Shown here in pieces: positions 60,926-64,000 of a stretch of DNA of 64,000 nucleotides. The notes beneath the pieces were generated by a model, which saw nothing but the letters and a program-made list of their open reading frames with translations, did no database searches and was not told the origin of the DNA. The stretch spans positions 672,001 through 736,000 of the forward strand of contig OZ251459.1 in assembly GCA_965242525.1 (NCBI GenBank), written 5' to 3'. Each line of letters opens with the position of its first letter. The stretch's first letter is position 1. Origin of the DNA: an uncultured Candidatus Binatia bacterium (GTDB lineage: Bacteria; Desulfobacterota; Binatia; UBA9968; JAJDTQ01). Made by a program: the position numbers and the translations under genes.

Positions 60926-61522
60926 CTAACGCACGTTCCAGAGCTTGTGTTGCTGCACGGACAGGCGCCACGGGGGGTGGTCCCGGACCAGTCGGAGGCA
61001 CCATTCGAGGGTCCTGGCGTCCAGATGGCTGCCGTCGAACGCGGGGGAGATGAGGTAGTGGTCGGCTTTCACTACAGTCCTCGGAATGCCCTGGCCGTGG
61101 GCGCGCACGTACTTGACCTCGTGGGCCACGCGCTGGCGGACGCAGTGCTCCGCCACCTTGGGCGACACGGTGATCCAGTCGATGCCCGGCGGAAGCTCCA
61201 CCGTGCCGTTGGTCTCCACCGCGAGCCGGTAGCCCTGCTCGTGGAGGTACTCCACCAGCGGGGCGTCCACCTGTTGGCCGGGTTCGCCTCCGGTGAGTAC
61301 GATCCAGGAGCATTGGGGCGCCAGCTCCCGCAGGTAAGCGACCATGGCCACCGCGGTCCAGCGCTTGCCGGAGACGAACTCGGTGTCGCAGTCGAACCCG
61401 TGGGTCTGTGCGGCGCACCGCAGGTTGCACCCCTGGAACCGCAGGAACAGGTTGGCGGTGCCCGCCCGCACGCCCTCCCCCTGGAGCGAGTAGAACATCT
61501 CGTTCACGCGGTAGGTCTTCAC
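60926..61522 (-). CDS. queE: 7-carboxy-7-deazaguanine synthase QueE (radical SAM)
   Basis: NEMFYSLQGEG, GCNLRC...CDT, TGGEP, ETNGT, SPK, QQHK. Confidence 0.92.
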   Translation of the reverse strand: MKTYRVNEMFYSLQGEGVRAGTANLFLRFQGCNLRCAAQTHGFDCDTEFVSGKRWTAVAMVAYLRELAPQCSWIVLTGGEPGQQVDAPLVEYLHEQGYRLAVETNGTVELPPGIDWITVSPKVAEHCVRQRVAHEVKYVRAHGQGIPRTVVKADHYLISPAFDGSHLDARTLEWCLRLVRDHPPWRLSVQQHKLWNVR

Positions 61523-61884
61523 GGCCGGTACTCGCACCTGCTGGTGCAGGTCTCCTCGACGACGACCGCGGTCAACAACGGCAGCCCGGGCTTGAGCCGG
61601 TCGTAGATCCAGCGGGCCACCTCCTCGCTGGTGGGGTTGTCGAGGCCGGTGGAGTCGTTGAGGTGCCAGTGGTCCAGCGACTCTTCCACCAGCGGCGCCA
61701 CTGCCGCGGCGATGGCGTCGAAGTCCGTGACCATGCCCCGGTCGGACCCCGCGGCGGAAAGCTCGCTCGCGGAACAGACCACGCGCCCGACCCAGGAGTG
61801 GCCGTGCAGCCGCGCGCACTTGCCCTGGTGGTAGGGCAGGCGGTGGCTCGCCTCGAAGCGGAACTCCTTGGAAACGGTCCACAT
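61519..61884 (-). CDS. queD: 6-carboxytetrahydropterin synthase QueD
   Basis: FEASHRL, CARLHGHS, LDH, NPTSE, EET. Confidence 0.92.
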   Translation of the reverse strand: MWTVSKEFRFEASHRLPYHQGKCARLHGHSWVGRVVCSASELSAAGSDRGMVTDFDAIAAAVAPLVEESLDHWHLNDSTGLDNPTSEEVARWIYDRLKPGLPLLTAVVVEETCTSRCEYRP

Positions 61885-62077
61885 GGCGCGTCGCAGGGGC
61901 GCTCTCGTCCGACGCGGTTCCGGGCGCTCGGACGCCCCGGGCCGCGGCAACCGGAGTTTACGACGCCCTCGACGGAACATCAACGGACGCTCTCCTTCCG
62001 GGATCGGTCGGGGTTTCCGGGAGCGCTTTCAAGTAACGAACCGGACTGTTAGATTTCCCATCGAAGGCGAGAGGCAG

Positions 62078-62440
62078 GTGGCGGGAGTTACGTTTTCCAT
62101 CTGGGCGGGGGTTTCGGGGGTGCTGGCGGGCGCGCTCGCGTTGACGTACTTCCGGGGCCGTCTCGGAAGCCCGGAACGGTACTGGCTCGTGGGGCTGGCG
62201 GCCGTGGCTCCCGCCTGGGTCATCGCCCTCACCGTCCTGCTGGGGGGGTTGTCCGGAGAGGATCCGGACAAGACCCTGAAAGCCTTTCTGGCGGCCTCGT
62301 CCGCCTGTGCGCTGCTGGGCGTCATCGCCACCGAGTTCTGCGCGAGACGGCTCGAACTCCGGTCCCCGGTGCTGCACTGGCTCCTGGGCGCCGCGGCGCT
62401 GATGCCTTCCTGGTGGCTCATCCTGTGGAGGGTGTGGTGA
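62078..62440 (+). CDS. Small multi-TM membrane protein
   Basis: Four hydrophobic segments; stop overlaps next GTG. Confidence 0.55.
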   Translation: MAGVTFSIWAGVSGVLAGALALTYFRGRLGSPERYWLVGLAAVAPAWVIALTVLLGGLSGEDPDKTLKAFLAASSACALLGVIATEFCARRLELRSPVLHWLLGAAALMPSWWLILWRVW

Positions 62441-63519
62441 GTTTGGGAACGACGACGCCCCGACGGTCGCCTTGCCCCAGGCCGGCCCGCGCCGCGGCCC
62501 CGGTCCGGTGGTCCGTCCCGGCGCGGTGGAAGGGAGCCGGCCAAGTTGCCGTCCTCGCCTTGGCCGCGGTCCCGTGGCCGCAGGCGGTCCATGCGCACGG
62601 CGGCGCGGTCCACGAGCCGTTGCCCCTCGACGCGCTGTTCTCGATGGCGGGGATGATCCGGTGGGACTGGCGCGTGGACATCCTCCTGTTCCTGGTCCTG
62701 GCCACCGGCCTGTATCTCGCGGGATGGCTGCGCCTGCGGCGACAGGCCCGGGGCGCCGCCACCGTGTCCGGCCTCGCGCTCTACCTGGGCGGCATGGCCG
62801 CGCTGGTGGTGGCGCTGGTCTCCCCGGTGGACCGTCTGGCGGCCGAGCGCCTCAGCATGCACATGGTCCAGCACGTGCTGCTGTTGATGGCGGCGCCCCT
62901 GGGGATCCTCCTGGCCAACCCCTTTGCCGCGGTGGTCTGGGGTCTTCCTGCGAGTGTCCGGGACCGGTTCGCGGCGCTGTTCCGGGAAGGCCGCCCGGTG
63001 CGTTCGGCGCTCTCCGCGATGACCTCCATGCCGGTGGCCTGGACCCTCTATGTGGCCAACCTGTGGGCATGGCACCACCCGGCCCTGTACCAGGCGGCGC
63101 TGCGCCACTGGTGGCTGCACGACCTGGAGCACTGGTTGTTCTTCGCCTCCGCGGCGCTCTTCTGGTGGCCCATCGCCAACGCGGCGCCCCTGTCCCGGCC
63201 CGGCCGCCCGTTGGGGCCGCGGGTGGTCTATCTGCTGGCCGCCGCCCTCCAGAACACGCTCCTGGGCATGGCCATCGCCCTGCCCGAGCGGGTCCTCTAC
63301 CCGTTCTATGCCGCCGTTCCCGTCCTGGAGGCCCTCACTCCCATCCAGGACCAGGCCCTCGGGGGCGGCATCATGTGGGTGAGCGGCCACATGTACCTCG
63401 TACCGCTGCTGGTGCTCGTGGCCCGCCGGCTCGTTGCCGAGGACGACGCAGCCAACGCCGGGGACCGGGAGGCGAGCGAAGCTCTCGCCGGCCGCCCGCC
63501 CCGCCTCGCAGGGCCATGA
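62437..63519 (+). CDS. ctaG: Cytochrome c oxidase assembly protein (Caa3 CtaG family)
   Basis: HMVQH, WAWHHP, HDLEH, DQALGGGIMW. Confidence 0.85.
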   Translation: MSLGTTTPRRSPCPRPARAAAPVRWSVPARWKGAGQVAVLALAAVPWPQAVHAHGGAVHEPLPLDALFSMAGMIRWDWRVDILLFLVLATGLYLAGWLRLRRQARGAATVSGLALYLGGMAALVVALVSPVDRLAAERLSMHMVQHVLLLMAAPLGILLANPFAAVVWGLPASVRDRFAALFREGRPVRSALSAMTSMPVAWTLYVANLWAWHHPALYQAALRHWWLHDLEHWLFFASAALFWWPIANAAPLSRPGRPLGPRVVYLLAAALQNTLLGMAIALPERVLYPFYAAVPVLEALTPIQDQALGGGIMWVSGHMYLVPLLVLVARRLVAEDDAANAGDREASEALAGRPPRLAGP

Positions 63520-64000
63520 AACGGGTTCTGGCGCTCCTGTCCCTCCTGGTCCTGTGGCCTATGGCGAGCCCCGCCGCGGACCCGGACCGGCTCCGGAGCC
63601 TCGGCTTCATCGTCCAGGAAGGGTTCGTGGCCGCTCCCGACTTCACCACGGAGGACGCCGCGGGAAACCGGGTCTCCTCCCGGTCCTTCCGGGGCAGGGT
63701 GGTGCTGTTGAACTTCTGGGCCACGTGGTGTCCGCCCTGTCGTCTGGAGATGCCCTCCATGGAGCGGTTGTACGGCGAGTTCCGCGGTCGGGGGCTGGAG
63801 ATCGTCGCGGTCAACTTCATGGAGCCGCGGGAGTTGGTGCAGGCATTCGCCAGGGAGCAGAACCTGACCTATCCCATGCTGCTGGACCGGCGCAGCGACA
63901 TCGCCGAGCGGTACGGCGTGCTGCGCCTGCCGGAAACGGTGGTCATCGGGCGCCGCGGCGAGGTCATCGCCAAGACCACCGGGTACAAGGACTGGTACGA
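63516..64000 (+). CDS. TlpA/ResA thiol-disulfide oxidoreductase, 3' partial
   Basis: Signal peptide, APDF, NFWATWCPPC..EMPSM (own translation; not in ORF track). Confidence 0.9.
   Translation, partial: MKRVLALLSLLVLWPMASPAADPDRLRSLGFIVQEGFVAAPDFTTEDAAGNRVSSRSFRGRVVLLNFWATWCPPCRLEMPSMERLYGEFRGRGLEIVAVNFMEPRELVQAFAREQNLTYPMLLDRRSDIAERYGVLRLPETVVIGRRGEVIAKTTGYKDWY

Noticed and set aside
60926-61884. Dpd-type 7-deazaguanine DNA modification island
   Set aside because: Only queD and queE are present, with host-like GC and no dpdA/tgt-like gene; ordinary queuosine biosynthesis is the simpler reading

Overview
High-GC bacterial chromosome segment. Its gene content (secreted ankyrin protein, NHLP precursor, AAA/PD-(D/E)XK proteins, TA modules, many interspersed repeats) suggests a host-associated, possibly sponge-symbiont, deltaproteobacterial-type genome; this is inference. 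About 58 CDS: Na+-decarboxylase subunits, ExbBD, a Mo-hydroxylase, a Liv-type ABC transporter with a frameshifted livG, McrBC, a catabolic cluster around nbaC, amidohydrolases, two Fic proteins, VapBC, QueDE, MltA and CcdA/CtaG/TlpA. Intergenic DNA holds three repeat families: a REP-containing MITE-like family, dRS3-like palindromes and an IS701-like miniature element. The most unusual feature is a scaffold present twice in the same orientation (38029-41275 and 49120-50152). Each copy has a small ribbon-helix-helix-like gene, a short shared leader/RBS and a conserved GC-rich structured 3' flank. The cargo differs completely: a secreted ankyrin protein plus a paralogous secreted domain in one copy, an orphan NHLP RiPP precursor in the other. 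No tRNA, rRNA, CRISPR array, integrase or transposase was seen.
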